DNA of 64,000 bases from Podarcis tiliguerta (lineage: Eukaryota). Position numbers and translations under genes: made by a program. Below are positions 26,301 through 39,760 of this stretch, in pieces. Location: NCBI GenBank assembly GCA_965153285.1, contig OZ229111.1, one strand, 5' to 3'. The notes beneath the pieces are model-generated. The model was not told the DNA's origin and did not search any database. It saw only the letters and a program-made list of their open reading frames with translations. Within the stretch, counting starts at the first letter, position 1. Each line of letters starts with the position of its first letter.

Positions 26301-27891
26301 CCCTGTAGACACGGTATTTGGAAGGAAGAAAACCACCCAGCACTTTCTAAAGCTCAAGGGGAGTAATATGGATGTTATAGTGCAGTAATAAACAGACATC
26401 CATCAGCTGCAGTAATTCAGTATAGCCTCTGCACATGGTGGGGTCTCTTGATAATGTTCCAGTTCTGATAGTCTCACCAAGGATGAGTCAGGTGTAAGGC
26501 TTTTTAATGAAAGAAAAATAAAAATCACAGCCGGCTCCACTCACTTAAATAACATGGTTGTGTTGCACATGAACTCCTCTTCTTCCTGCAGAGAGCTGGG
26601 GGTTAAATGTCAAATACCACCAGCTCTGATATATTGTGCCCACTAGACGTCTCCTCTTTGAAGATCCAGATGCAATGGGCTCTCTTGATAAGCTCCCAGC
26701 CCAAGAAGTGACAACAAGGCTAAAGCAGGTGCAAGGCAATTAGCAACAATTACAGCTGGCTTAACTTACTCACTTAGATAATTGTGGTTGTGCCGTATTT
26801 TAACTCCTCCTCTCTTTATTGCATCGTACAGGCATCCACACAGCAAAAGAGAGCTGGGAACTAGTTGCCAAATGTGTCTGAACAGCTCTCTGATGTTTTG
26901 TCCTCTGGGCCTTCCTTTGCTCTTCAGTTCTAAACTGTTCTGTAGCAAAAAAACGTACATCAAGATTGCATCCAACATTGTGTTATGGAGTACAAACTCA
27001 CACAAGTGATATTTTCTCTCCTTGCCACTGTAGCCTCCTGTGCCCCACCCCTGTGCAGTGCAAAACAGGCTTACGGAACATTTGGGGCTGTAACTGGAGG
27101 AGAAATTTGCCAAAAATAAGGAACTTTGCCCAAGCTGTTCAAGAGTCCTCCATTTGATTTTTTATTATCTCCCCACCCCCACTGCAGGCCTTTAAGACAC
27201 ACAAGGTTCAGTAGTTGCCCTTGACCCTCTGGGGAAGCTTTTAGGGGAAACATAAAGGGGATGTATTGGCTACAATATTGAAAACATGCACATTGCAGTC
27301 CACCTTGCCTGGGAAGATTCAGCTGTTAGCTCCTTTTTTTGCCCTGCTTGGAAAAATTCTGCTGATCAGTGTCACGTGATAGAGGAAAGAATTATAGTTA
27401 ACTAAGATGAATTCCTTGCAGCATTTGTAAGGTTCAGATCTACTAGACAAGCAAGAGTTGGAATAAGTTTGTCATCTTCAGTAATGGCCACATTCTTTGT
27501 CCGTTTATAACAGATGTCTCAATTTGGCTCTCCTGTGGTTTCCTTGCATCCCTTGTCAGAACAAAGTGATGGTTTTGTATCTAATAGTCTACTTAAACTT
27601 GCATTTGTTTTTCCCCACCCTAAGGCTGAGAAACGGGCATCATTTTTTTTAGAGTATTAATACCTGGCAACAGATCTTAATTAAATGCACTACCTCAAGA
27701 TCAGTTCAGACATTAAAGGGTCTATTTGAGTGCTTCATGGAAAAAAGCCATAATATGTTTGGAGTTGTTCACAAGATGTATTTCCACACTAGTCTCACAC
27801 TTACCAGGCCTGCAGCTGTTTCATATGAACACCCCCAACCATTCAGTAGTTTTACAGGCATTTCAGCTGCACCCACTTAGAAGCTTTACCT

Positions 27892-28084
27892 GGAAGAGGT
27901 GTAGCTCAGTGGCAGAACCCATGCTTTAAATGCAGAAGGTCCCCATATTTCAATCCCAAGTGTGTCCAGGTATGACTGGGAAATATCTATGTCTGAAACA
28001 CTGGACAGCGCCTGCTAGTCAGTGAAGGATGGCAATCCTGAGATGGATGGACCAGTGGCCTGACTTGGTATAAGGCAGATTCCT
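27892..28084 (+). mobile_element. tRNA-derived SINE (Squam2-like)
   Basis: TAGCTCAGTGGCAGA A-box, TTCAATCCC B-box, GGACCAGTGGCCTGACTTGGTATAAGGCAG..TTCCT 3' end. Homologous to 37235-37423. Confidence 0.8.
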
Positions 28085-31000
28085 CCGAGGGCTACCCCAG
28101 AGTAAGAATTTAAAATCTAATAAGCCCATCAATTTTGGGGTTTTACACTGTATGACCAGTGAAATCAGGGGCATATCTCTGTAGTTCAGAGGTTGAAATT
28201 GCTTCCTCCTCTTTGCAAAGTACTCCTTGGTGAACTGAATGTTTCATCAACTAATTATTGCAGATGTGAATGTTTCCTTTATCTTTTGAAAGAATGAAAT
28301 GCAAAGAAAAGACGGGGATGCTAATGCTGTGTTGTTATGGGACATGGAGTGGCACTGCTACGTTTGCTGCGGATTTTAGCTAAACCTAATCTACCAGCAG
28401 GCTGCTTTATTGCCCATTCAAGACTTTCAGCAGCTGTTTTCTCTGACCTGTTAATTGGTTTAGAAATGCTGTGTGTGGCTTCTCCAGCACAATCAGCATG
28501 ATGAAATGGAAGCCTGCACAAACACAAAAAGCGTCTCTCTTGAGTGAGTGAGTTGATGAAGTGTGACAGGAAATGACATGCTGTAGATAAAATATGCAGT
28601 GCCAAAACCCACAGTGTGTAATGCCATGGTGGCCCCACTTCTCTAGGGGAGGAAAGGTATCTATATTCATAGATTGGAGATATAAAAGTTACAGAGAGGC
28701 AGGTGTGATCTCCTGTGTAGATTGCTTTCTTTTTCTTTTTCTTTTGTTTTTTTGTCATGAGAAGAATGAAATTGCAAGTACAAGTTTAGCTTCCTGTTTC
28801 TTTTTGTTACTTTTTCTTTTGAAAGTTTTAAATAGAAGAGAAAGCAAAATTGAAATGGAAAACTAAACTTTCCAACATTTAGAGTTTGTTATTCCTGAAC
28901 AGGGTTCAAAATTTTATTTAAATAACTGACTTCCACATAGGAGATGTACCTCTGAGGCTTGGCAGGTGTAGGATCATGGAACTCCCATGCCAGAGTTTTC
29001 TGAAGGTGAGAGGCCAACCCTCTTATAAAAACCAAATTTTTCTATCATCAGGGACTTTAATTAGCCCAAATAATCTGAATTATTTGGGTTAATTAAAGGC
29101 ACTGATTGTAGAACAGCATTCTGGCAGCAAAATCAGTACTAGAAAGGAGTTCATAATTTATATACTGAAGATTTCTAAATTGCTTCACTCTAAAGACTTT
29201 GGATGAGCACCAATTCATTGAAAACATTAAACAATAGTTAGTTAAAATGAGTGAAACAGAATGCAACAAATGTTAAAATGGATCTTCATTTATTGCATTA
29301 TGTGAAATCAATTTAAAAAAGAGAAAGCAGTGCTTTGAAAAGATGATTCTACAAGACAATGAGTTTCAGGGTTAAGGGGTTAGTCTTAGGAATCATAGCA
29401 GGAAAATCTGGAGAAAGTCCTCTTTTATGAAAACTGGGTCCAAACGGTTAGCATTTAGTAATGTAGATTGTAATCCTTCATTGGGTAAGTGCTTACCCCA
29501 TCATACTTCTTACTGTCAGGACAATGCCCATTGCTTTGTCTCTCTTTCTTTGTTAAGACAATAGATGGTCCTGATAGCTGCTAAGGAAACCGGTTTTGGT
29601 TCCCCAGGGGTTCTATTTCATGGAGTTCCATGCACACATGTCAGCTAAAAGTAATGTGGGAAGTAACTGTCAACTTGTCTTAAGCCACTTCTTGCAAGAT
29701 CCTTTGCTTTCAAATAAGGTACCTGGCTGCAAAATACATGTAGGCAAAGTAAATACACAAGGCTCCCTCTCTTTATAACAACAGACATATACAGATATTA
29801 TGAGATGCTAAAGTTGGGCTCCCACTTCCACGCCTTTTAAAAGGGAAAGCTGCGTTTGAAAGAGACACATTCCCATCATAATTGTATTTGTGATTTTTGC
29901 ACTGAAGAGGTCCTCACTAGTTCCAAATTTGGGAGTCTTAGTTTTTATACAATTCTGTCTGTCTGGGGTTTGGATCTTACCGTGTTCATGGTTCCCTTCT
30001 AGCCCTCCAGTTTTACAGTCATAATTTGATTATGTTTCTTTCTGAGGATTAAGTCTAGTACACAATATAGCTTCTAGGATTCTGATTTGCAAAGTCTGGA
30101 CTGGATCGAAATTTGTAATTGCACTTTGTTGCCATTGACTTAACCTTGCAATTTATGTAGTCTGGGTCCAACCCTGCAGGTAGAATCCAGTTATTGCCCT
30201 TGTTACCATGGAAGTTCTTTTGGTCCAGTGAACAGCTCTGCTAAAAGATGAAGAGATGAATCTTTTGCTGATATTCCTCTTTCCGCCTGCAGCCCACTCT
30301 TTGCCAACCTTCCACCCTGTTCTGGAGGAACTCCTAAGTTTCCCAAGATGAGTTTCAGGAGGCTGCAGGGGGTCGTGAAATCAGCAAAATTCCCTCCTTT
30401 TTTTCTGTCAGCACACACACCATTTGGATTCCATCCTGTATGTTCACATGCTTTTTTCCTGTTTGTGATGTAGTCTTGTTCAGATCCTATATCCTGCCTA
30501 ACTGAACAGTGACTAATATTTATGTTGTAAGCAGGTGCTTCTAAATTATAAAGCAGGATGGAGGATTCATATTTTAGATGCTGAGGACAGATGGGATGTT
30601 GTCTTTATGGCTTGTCATCAGGATAGGCTCCCTGTCATAGCACTTGGAAACAAAGGACGATTGACATGGATGTGCGGCGAACTGGGAATAAGATAAAACA
30701 TTGCTGCTTGGCAATTGATTGCAGGTCTAATGCAAAATATTTCTATCCATTCAGTGAGCTAGAACTTCTCAATTACATCAATAATTGACACTGAGTGTCT
30801 GCACAGTTTACACAAATTCTTGATTTAGTGATACTGTTTAAATGTTTGAAATCCTGAATTAAAATAAATGTTGCATACTTTTTATTATTTTCTTTTTTTG
30901 TGCTTGACAGAAGGTAGAACCTCGGTCCTTCTCGAGGGGAAATAGTGATGCAGTTGATGAAAAACAGATTTTATGCATTGTTCAGAAGAGAACAGTGTTA

Positions 31001-33566
31001 ATCTATTAAAGCAGAGTTGCCAGTAATCTGTTGTGAACAACCACTTTTCTTAACATAGATTAGAATTTTGTCAGACTAATTTTTTATATTCTGTTGCCAT
31101 TCCACCCAGTTTTTGTCTCCAGGGCCATGTCTATTTCCATGCATGCACAGGTTGAAATGAATTCTAGTTTTTCGAAAGGAAAACATTGGCTACCATACAC
31201 CTTTTATTAATATTTAATCTGCAACAGGACTTTATTTATTAACCCACCATATTTCTTGTAAACTTTGGTCCCCCAAGAGCCACATGTAGGTAGTTGAGGG
31301 CCACATACCAGTGGGCTGGAGGCAGCTTATAGAGAGAAGGAAACGCAGCTGCTTTGCAGTGCAAGGACCATGCTTTGGGCTGCTTTGGGTTTGCTGAGGT
31401 AGATTAAAGCCTTCACTCTCCAGTAATCTCAATGTAATATAACAGTGGTGGACACCCATCCCCATCTCTGCTCATCTACATCCCCTTGCTTTTCTGCCCT
31501 GTCGCTGCTCCACATTCTCCCTCTCTATCAGGGTGACGGAGATGGAGAAGACACAGGCAAATTCCAGAGCTCTGCTGCGTATTCCTGGCTGGTAAACAAA
31601 GCTGAGAGCTCTGGCTCAATCAGGCTCCTGCTGGTTCTCACAGCCCTTAAGACAGAAGAATTGCGCACAAAGTCCGACAGGGTAGATCCCAACATTTTCT
31701 GTCTCTCTCGTGCACACAATATGCTTTATTGGCTGTGTGCAAAGCTTGGGCAGTTTGGCACTTGCTTTAGGGTACCCGTTACTCTCTTTAAGAAGGGGCA
31801 AACGGCATGCCTGCTCCGCACCAAATATTTGCTACTTTTTTTTACCTTTGGAGAATACCTGGAAGGTAGCTTGAAATTAGACCGATGAAGTATTTTCTTA
31901 GTCTGTAATTCAAAGAAGTTAACTGCAGATGCGACCACTCTTCCATTTAAACAGCAGCTTGTCTCTTGTCCAGGGAGACAGGGGCAGCAGGAAGAGTAAG
32001 TGCTGCCTCCACCTGTATGCATAATTCTTTCCTATGTATTCATTTCACTGACTTGAATGGCAGTTTTTTGTTTTTCCAAAGGCTGAAAAAATCGTGAGCT
32101 GCTTCTCATGCCTCCGCTTGTGACAGAGGCGCCTCTTGTCATCACTCCACAGCCTTGGAAAATCTCAGTGTCAAGCGATTTCCCCCTTCATATGTTTATG
32201 TTGTTATAATAAAAAGCTTTTGGCATATCAAAACCTGCATAGGGCAATTAGAGTGGCAATGTAACACAAAAAGTCAAATTATTCTGGAAAAATAACAGGA
32301 TATTATGTTAGTTATCTTTCTCATATTTTTGTCGCATTTTTAATCAAAATAAAATTGCCACAGAAATCCCTGACAGCTGTACTGGAACACAAGAGAAACA
32401 AAAGAATTGGTTATGCATATTATAATAAGGATTTGCAAAAATGGCTTCATAGTCTTGATTAAAACTCTGCAGCTTTTGGGGGTTTTTTTTTTTGGTCTAT
32501 TGTAAATCATAGCCAGTTAAATGCAAAAAAAACCTGGACTTCTACTTTTAAGTTTCTGTTGTTTTATGATTGTTTTAGATTTGGCATTCAAGTGCACAAA
32601 TATAAATTTACTTAATCCTTTGTAGTGGTGTTTTGTTTTGTTGTGTTGTGTAAATAGTCACACTTGCATTTATTCCAGATTGTTTGAAGTGCTGTCTACA
32701 ACTAATCAATAGGAAGAAATGAATTAATTGGTATTGTCATTATCTTTACTCAGATTTCAGATGGATGCAGTATTGAAAGAAATAAGAAGTGTTCTGTCTT
32801 AATTTTGTAAATGGAATTGAGACTGTTCCCAATTTGGAGTTCCCCAAGGCTTTTTTTGTAGACATAACGTCTTGAGTCTCACACTAAAGCGATAATAAAA
32901 ATCAGATCCTCACTACCGAAGCAGCTGACTGACATCACCACCAGCAATTTCATGCTTGTCCTGCGGTGCCCATCAACAAGGCATTTTGACAACTCTGAGC
33001 TTGGTGTCAGCTTTGGAATGACAGATACAGCTGAATACCATCAGCAAAGGAGCTGTAATTGAGAGTGTCCTTTCTGATAACCATAATCAGAAGGAAAGCT
33101 TTCTTGCCAAGGACCAGGCAGAAATACGGAGGGAAATACTATAGAAAAAATCAAGAAGAATTTGCTAGGTCAAGTAGACTTTGCTGTAGGTACTTGTTTC
33201 CCACCCCCCACCCCCTAGTCTGCAGCTAGTAGGTGGCAAAAAGAAGCTAGTGCAGCCTTATCCACTAAAGTTTTAATTGCTCTTTTATTACAGTGAAATG
33301 TTGTTGAAGGATTAAAAGCCAATCTATACATCTGCAGAGATGCCATTAGTTTTGCACTCATCCTCAGCTAAAGCAGATATTTTGCCTTGAAAACGTGGAA
33401 CATGAACATCTAACAGTGGAAAATAACTGACACAGACAACAAGCAGAGGATATAATGGAATAAAAAAGGCTTTATGAAAGGAACGAACACTGGCACTAAA
33501 CACTTTTAATGGGAAGTAAGCAAATCAGTTTGTAGACAAAAAGAAAGGTCATAAAATTAAACATAT

Positions 33567-33685
33567 GGTTGTATCTGACTAACTCATAGTCAGTAGAGCC
33601 ACTGAAATAAACGGAATTGTTAGCCATTACTAGCTTGTGTATTAATTTCAACAGAACTACTCAGAGTATGACTTGGATACAACCC
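33567..33685. mobile_element. Degenerate short palindromic element, related to 22871-22973
   Basis: GGTTGTATC...GATACAACC ends with an inner TGAAAT/ATTTCA IR. Confidence 0.5.
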
Positions 33686-34334
33686 ATAATCTTGACTACA
33701 TAGTGAGGTCTTTCTACTGTCAAAAGGCTACATTTAACACCAATAGAGGAAATTCATTTAGGTGTCAGTTGTTTGTGATTTAAAATAACATTTTAAAGCT
33801 AATCAACTTTAAGCACTCTCCCAGTACCTAGGAGCGATATGGTTCAGTCTACTTAATCTTAACAAAACCAATATGATCTTGTGCATTGGTGCCCTTGGTA
33901 AATCTTCGTGTGAGGAGGGTAAAGTTGTAAACCTGTCAGCTACTAGCTTGAAAGAGTGGCACAGCAAAAATTCAGGGCAGATTGGAGGAACAAGATGTGC
34001 TGCTTTGGGCCCCCAAAGCTATGTGGTCTGAAAATTAGAATGGTTTCACTATGAAATGCATCAGATTTCTTCCTTTAAGAGTTGGAATATGCAGTTTATG
34101 TGAGAGATTGGGTGTGGAGACAGAGGAGAAAAGGAATTACTCATGTGAAATGATGTGTTTCTCTCCTCTCGGTTGCTGTCATATGAATCTACTACTATGA
34201 CATTGGTGAGAAATTGCTACCCTGTGCTAGGCCTTTCAATTTAAGGTCTCTCTAAGTTCCTTTTGAAAGTTTTGATGGTAGCCTATTTTTCCAGGTATAA
34301 TGCTTACAGAGAGGAAACAACTATATTTTCAGAG

Positions 34335-34498
34335 CAGCAGTGGACAACTTGTGACCCACAATATGTTTTTAACTGTAGTCTTGACAAACCTATGCCCTTC
34401 TCATTTTCTGACCAGCCACAGGTAGCATGGCCCAATGGTCAGGGATGATGGGAGTTGTAGTTCAGCAACAACTGGAAGGCCTCAGCTTTCCCATTCCT
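34335..34498. mobile_element. Degenerate hAT-type MITE
   Basis: Contains TGGTCAGGGATGATGGGAGTTGTAGT, shared with 49256-49393. Confidence 0.55.
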
Positions 34499-35312
34499 TC
34501 AGTAGAGAGTATTATATTTTGTTTTCTACATATTGTTAAGGCAACAGCAATGTTGGCTCTCTGCACACCATTCTTTTACAAATTAGAAGTTAATCTTGAG
34601 AATGTGCATTCATTCCTTTTCCTCTCATATGAATTTTCCACTTCCTGCTGTTGTTAAGCTTAAATGTGGGCTAGCATTACAAGTACATTAATATGAATCA
34701 TGGTTCCCATCTTACCCAGATGCAAGCTCATGTCAAACCTTGGTTTCAAATTCTGATTGAGAAGGGAACACTGTTTAGCATTTATCATGGTTAGCAATGG
34801 TGACAATTTTATACTAAACTATGGTTAAGATTGACAAGAGGAGGAAGAGTCCATTCACAAATTTCAAGGAAACAGCATGCATTCCTGAAGCTGACTCCTG
34901 AACAGTGGTTTACAGGATCCAGAGTTGAAATTGTACTGTCCACTAGCATTGTAGAGTAATCTGCCCATTTCAGGTTCCATGCAAGCAATTTGCTGCTTTT
35001 TGATTATATACTGCCAGCAGGATATTCTGTCTAGCGCCGATAATGGTGTTGTGGTTGACAGTGGAAGATAGCTTCTTTGCTAGAATCTGTTTCTAAGCAT
35101 GTGTCAGTTTTCTGTCAATTGAAGGATCTGTTCTGATGTACCTTTTTCCAGAAGCAATTTAGTTGGCAACTCCTGTAGAAACTACTGCTTTTCTGTTTAG
35201 GGAAGGTATGTACTCTGTTTCCACTGTAATTGCTCCCAAACTGTATTGAGCAATTCTTCCTTGTGTTGCTGGGGAAAGTGCTTCCTTTTTATCTCATAAT
35301 TACTCTGGAATA

Positions 35313-35340
35313 CAATCAATCAATCAATCAATCAATCAAT
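35313..35340. repeat. (CAAT)7 microsatellite
   Basis: Read directly. Confidence 0.95.
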
Positions 35341-35859
35341 ATGACTTTTAGAAACAATCTTGTGCTTTGGGTTTCAAGTCTTAGCAAGACATAGTCTTTC
35401 TGAAATTGTGTAGTCTTGAAGAGTGGAAAAACTCTTTACAGTTGAGAAGCAAAAAGGCTGTGCACAATTTGGCAGTTCCTAACACTGCACCATGAAAAAA
35501 ATTCTAAATAATTTTTACTAAGGGAACTAGAAATTAAATTTCATTGGACATTCCAATCCCCAAATGCACCGAGACCTACCAATCTGTGCTTTTGTTTCTT
35601 GGAGTTTTTCTTTGATCTTTTGTTTCTGTGATAGTCCTTAGAATCTTCCCACATGTATGCAGAATGTTCCATTTTGTTTAAATGACCTGTGGGACGTCTG
35701 AAACACATAATCAGTTTTATGTAAATGGGAGCATTGGGTACATAAGACACAGATATCATGCTGCAGGTGGGGTGAGATGCATAGTGAATTCAGGTAAGTG
35801 CTTGACCATGCTTGTAGTTTAGTGGCAAAGTGAGACAGGCAGTCCACCATTTCTTCAGC

Positions 35860-36083
35860 CTATGTGGTTTAGTCTGACTAGCCCCTGGGAGACAAGGCTC
35901 AAATCTTCACTCAGGCTTGAAGTACACTGAGTGACCTTGAGCCAGTCACTGCCTCATAGCCTAACCTACCTCACATGGATGTTGCAGGGATTAAATGAGG
36001 AGCAGGGAGAGCCATGTATGCCACCTTGAGCTCCTTGGAGAATAAGGTATAAACACAGTAAACAAATAAAATTAAAAATAAAT
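35860..36083 (+). mobile_element. CORE-type SINE, same family as 20345-20573
   Basis: Shares GACCTTG.GCCAGTCACTG, GCCTAACCTACCTCAC and CACCTTGAGCTCC. Confidence 0.78.
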
Positions 36084-37234
36084 GTGCCCTCAAGTTGTTG
36101 TGAGCATAAAATAACTTCCACGTCTCATGTTTTGAGTTCATTTAAGAAGGGGTGTGATACATATGTGAAAAATAATGGGAAATTCGAAGTGTGGAATCCT
36201 AAACCCAGTCACTGCCCAGCAGGGTTTAACAACATCAGGGCTACATCTCTGCCATGTATGCCAGCTGGGAAAGAAGGGAGGTCAGACAGACTACTGTATC
36301 TGCCTGTAGCTGGCACAGCTATCAGGCCCAATGCCATCATGGGATCCAGTGGATCCCAGAGCAGCTCAGGTCCTCCTTGCCATTGAATGCTTAATTTTGG
36401 GTCTTTCTGTTGTCAGTGGGCTGGGTAGAGGGACACTTCCATTCAGTCCAGCACAGCTCGGAGGGGGGTTGAATTACACCCTTGGTTTGTAGAAATCCTG
36501 TAAGCATTTTGTATTGCATACTCTTTCTTGTATGCACTGAGACAAATATAATCCCCACTGCCATTTCTTCAAGATGTATTGCCTGTTCTTCATAGCTGAT
36601 TTGAAGGAGGGAGGGAAGTACAGTGAGTGGGAGAAGAATAAGATCATAGGCAGTAGTTGCAGGAAATAGGTCTGATTGGGTATTAAGACACAAAGCAACC
36701 AAAATGGCTTATGGCACAGGAGAGCATTCATTTGGAAGGAAATGCAGTTTTGAGCTGCAGTTTCATGAGATGAAAACAGGACAGATAGATTTTTTTTAAA
36801 CACACACAAAATTTTATTTTATTTTTTGCTTATAAGGAACCTTGCATCCCGATTTACTGTTTGCACAATGTTTGTACTGTCATTAAAATGGCATAACAGC
36901 TGTGAACGCTGTCTTAGAGAACTCATTTTGACAGAATAACATCTGGGGGGAAATAACCATGAATCAAAAGAACCAAGCTGTGCTCTTCACATTGCTTTTT
37001 TTCTTTGGTGTTGTAATCACAGGGGGCATGTAAATAGTCAAAACATAAGGTTTGGTTTGCCTTCTAGAAGGGGGCAGTGGTAACATCCAGACAATCTTTA
37101 AATGATGTACCTGTGCTAGTTAATGAAGCTGATAAGTGAGGCATGTGATCAAATCTTTTTAGAGACTAACTATAGAGTTGCAACTGTGGCTTAAAGAGAG
37201 AATATTTTTGATGAAATCTGAGAAGCCTGTTTTA

Positions 37235-37423
37235 GGAAGGGGCATAGCTTATGGTAGAACATCTGTTTTGTATGGAGAAGGTCCCAACTTCAGTCCCAGG
37301 CATCTGCTGGTAGACCTGGGGAAAACTTCTGACTGAAACTTTGGAGAGCTCCTGCCAGTCAGTGTAGATGGGCTCTTTGGACCAATGGTTTGCCTCAATA
37401 TAAGACAACTTCCGATGTTTCTA
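37235..37423 (+). mobile_element. tRNA-derived SINE (Squam2-like)
   Basis: GGAAGGGGCATAGCTT..AGAAGGTCCCA..CTGCCAGTCAGTGTAGA..GGACCAATGG..TATAAGACAACTTCC. Confidence 0.78.
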
Positions 37424-37554
37424 AGGACAAAATTCTGAAGCTGGAATTTAGTTTTTTTCTGAATGGAGGCAATGCCTCATCTCTCTGGCCCCAATAGCAT
37501 TAGTGGTCCTATAGTGATATTCTACCCAATAAATATATACATATTTAGAACATA

Positions 37555-37911
37555 CCGTATTGGCCCGAATATAAGCCGCACCCGAATATAAGCCACACCT
37601 TTAAACTTGGAGGGAGGGCGAGAAAAAATAGCCGAATATAAGCCACTCCCTTCCTCGCTGCTCCTGGTTGCATACTGGGGGGGGGGGAGAGCTGCGTTGC
37701 CGGCAGCCTTTCCCCTCCCCCCTCCCTTCCCAGCCTTGGGGGAGAGAATGGGGGACAATGTGTGGGGCAAGTGCCCCTTCGCCACATTCCTGGCGCTGTT
37801 TGCCCCACGCTTCTAGCTGAATACTGTAAGGTTGCGAATATAAACCAACTTTAACTTTTCACAGTCGGAATTTGAGGGGGGAAAGTGCTGCTTATATTCA
37901 GGCCAATACTG
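37555..37911. mobile_element. Tc1/mariner-type MITE, family C copy 1
   Basis: TIR CCGTATTGGCCCGAATATAAGC / GCTTATATTCAGGCCAATACTG, TA TSD, repeated CGAATATAAGCC subterminal motif. Confidence 0.87.
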
Positions 37912-38758
37912 TACTTGAACCCAGTTTGATCTAGCTGTCTCCACCACTTGGCAGGACATGTCAAGGCACACCGATTTCACACACATTTGGTTTTTTGATA
38001 CTGGACTCTTTGTCAGATCTAGTCCCAGCCCAGGATGTTGCCAGGCCAAACTCTAAATGCCCAGCCAGTAATACTGTTCCCTGCTACCATGGAGAACTCT
38101 TACCTCACACTTTGCTTCCCTTGTGTGTCTTTGTGAACCCGTTTTCATTGCTGAGAGCCCCTTTAAGAGAAAATAATTTTCTAAAAAGTGGGATAAAAAT
38201 ATAGGGCTGTATTCAGCTTACTCTTGGTAGGCCCACTGCTATTAGTGGTCATGACTACTACTCTGGAGTAAAAAGTTAGTTGAATCAGGTATGTCCTGTC
38301 CATGAGGCAAGATTAGGTGACCACCTCAAGCAGAGAAAACCCACCAGGTAGCATTCCCATGGGCTCTCTGCTGTCTCCAGAGAAGTGGCACCAACAGCAG
38401 CACCAGTTTCCGGTGAGATTTCATGAGATTTGGGCAAGTTTTTGCCGCAAGCTAGCACTGCCACACAACACAGGTAAGACAGGCTTGTTGGGTTGTGGGG
38501 GCATGTTTCATTTGACCTCAAATGATGAAACTGAATGCTCTGCCCCTGAGCTGAATACAACCTCATAGTATGCAACACAACCAAACAAAGAAGAACTGGC
38601 AATGTTTGCAAGCTTATCCTTAAAGTTCTCCCTAATCACTTTCCTGCTTTTTCTCTGTTTCTCTCTAAAGGAAATATTATCACAGTGTTGTCAAAACAAA
38701 ACAAATTGCTGGTTACACCTCTCATCATGGACAACATGAATGGAGATTTGGCTTGTCT

Positions 38759-38933
38759 NNNNNNNNNNNNNNNNNNNNNNNNNNNNNNNNNNNNNNNNNN
38801 NNNNNNNNNNNNNNNNNNNNNNNNNNNNNNNNNNNNNNNNNNNNNNNNNNNNNNNNNNNNNNNNNNNNNNNNNNNNNNNNNNNNNNNNNNNNNNNNNNNN
38901 NNNNNNNNNNNNNNNNNNNNNNNNNNNNNNNNN
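38759..38933. other. Assembly gap (175 N)
   Basis: Run of N. Confidence 1.
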
Positions 38934-39016
38934 AGTCTCCCCAGCCACTCTGGGCGGCTTCCAATCAAGTGTTAAAAACAATGCAGCATCAAATATTAAA
39001 AACTTCCCTAAACAGG
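38934..39016 (-). mobile_element. L2 3' end fragment abutting the gap
   Basis: CCCCAGCCACTCTGGGCGGCTTCCAA...AAAAACTTCCCTAAACAGG is the reverse complement of sequence at 62863-62944. Confidence 0.8.
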
Positions 39017-39707
39017 AAGCAAAAGCTAAAACTCCTTGCCTGGCAGATAGGTATATAACTGCTTATTTAGTGGCTCTTTGTTTTTCCCCCCTGTTTCCTC
39101 CTACTACAACTCAGCTCTGTAAATGTGAAAGTGGTGTTCTATGTAGAGTTCTTCTTTCCATTCACCACTATTAATTATGAACTCAGTTTAATAGCTATGC
39201 TAGGGTGATGCGACGGAGATTCCAGCAAGGAAATTGCCCCTACCCCCTCTTCAAAGTGAGAATTGAAAAATTGCCTACCACTCAAGGGCTTGGTTATAGT
39301 GTCTTGTAAATGCGCCAACAGGCAGAATGTGATTTAAGGCATGCATTTTGCAAATCAGCACCTTCATAACGGCACTGTAAGATATGATAGTGAGATAGAA
39401 GATGATGCTTGCATTAATGCAGTCTACTGTGAGCAGCATTCTTGAGTGACAGACTTTAGCAGCATCTTTCCTGCAGCTGCTTGTCTCTTGCTCATAAACA
39501 CAGATGAGTGGAATGAAATATTACACTGCAAGGCACAGTTTTAACAGAACACCCTGAAATGCCAAGAACCACTATTGTGTTAACTTGCTGCTTTATTCCT
39601 GTAAAAAACCCACAAAAATGTGAAAGAAAAACAGGCAGTGAAAGGTTACTGTTTCTTACGGGAAAATGCTGCAGTACCTTTTAGAAGTTTGGAAAAAATA
39701 AATAAAC

Positions 39708-39760
39708 GTGAAAGGACACTGTACAGCATTTTCAAAAACAGTGTGAAAGGACACTGTACA
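39708..39760. repeat. 18-bp direct repeat GTGAAAGGACACTGTACA x2, 35-bp period
   Basis: Copies at 39708-39725 and 39743-39760. Confidence 0.9.

Noticed and set aside
27892-27965. tRNA-like sequences (also at 8520, 20345 and 37235)
   Set aside because: They are SINE heads followed by SINE bodies, with no intact cloverleaf.
38636-39174. ORFs containing X runs
   Set aside because: Artefacts of the N gap.
39708-39760. Repeat-spacer-repeat pattern resembling CRISPR
   Set aside because: Only two units in a vertebrate intron, with no cas genes.
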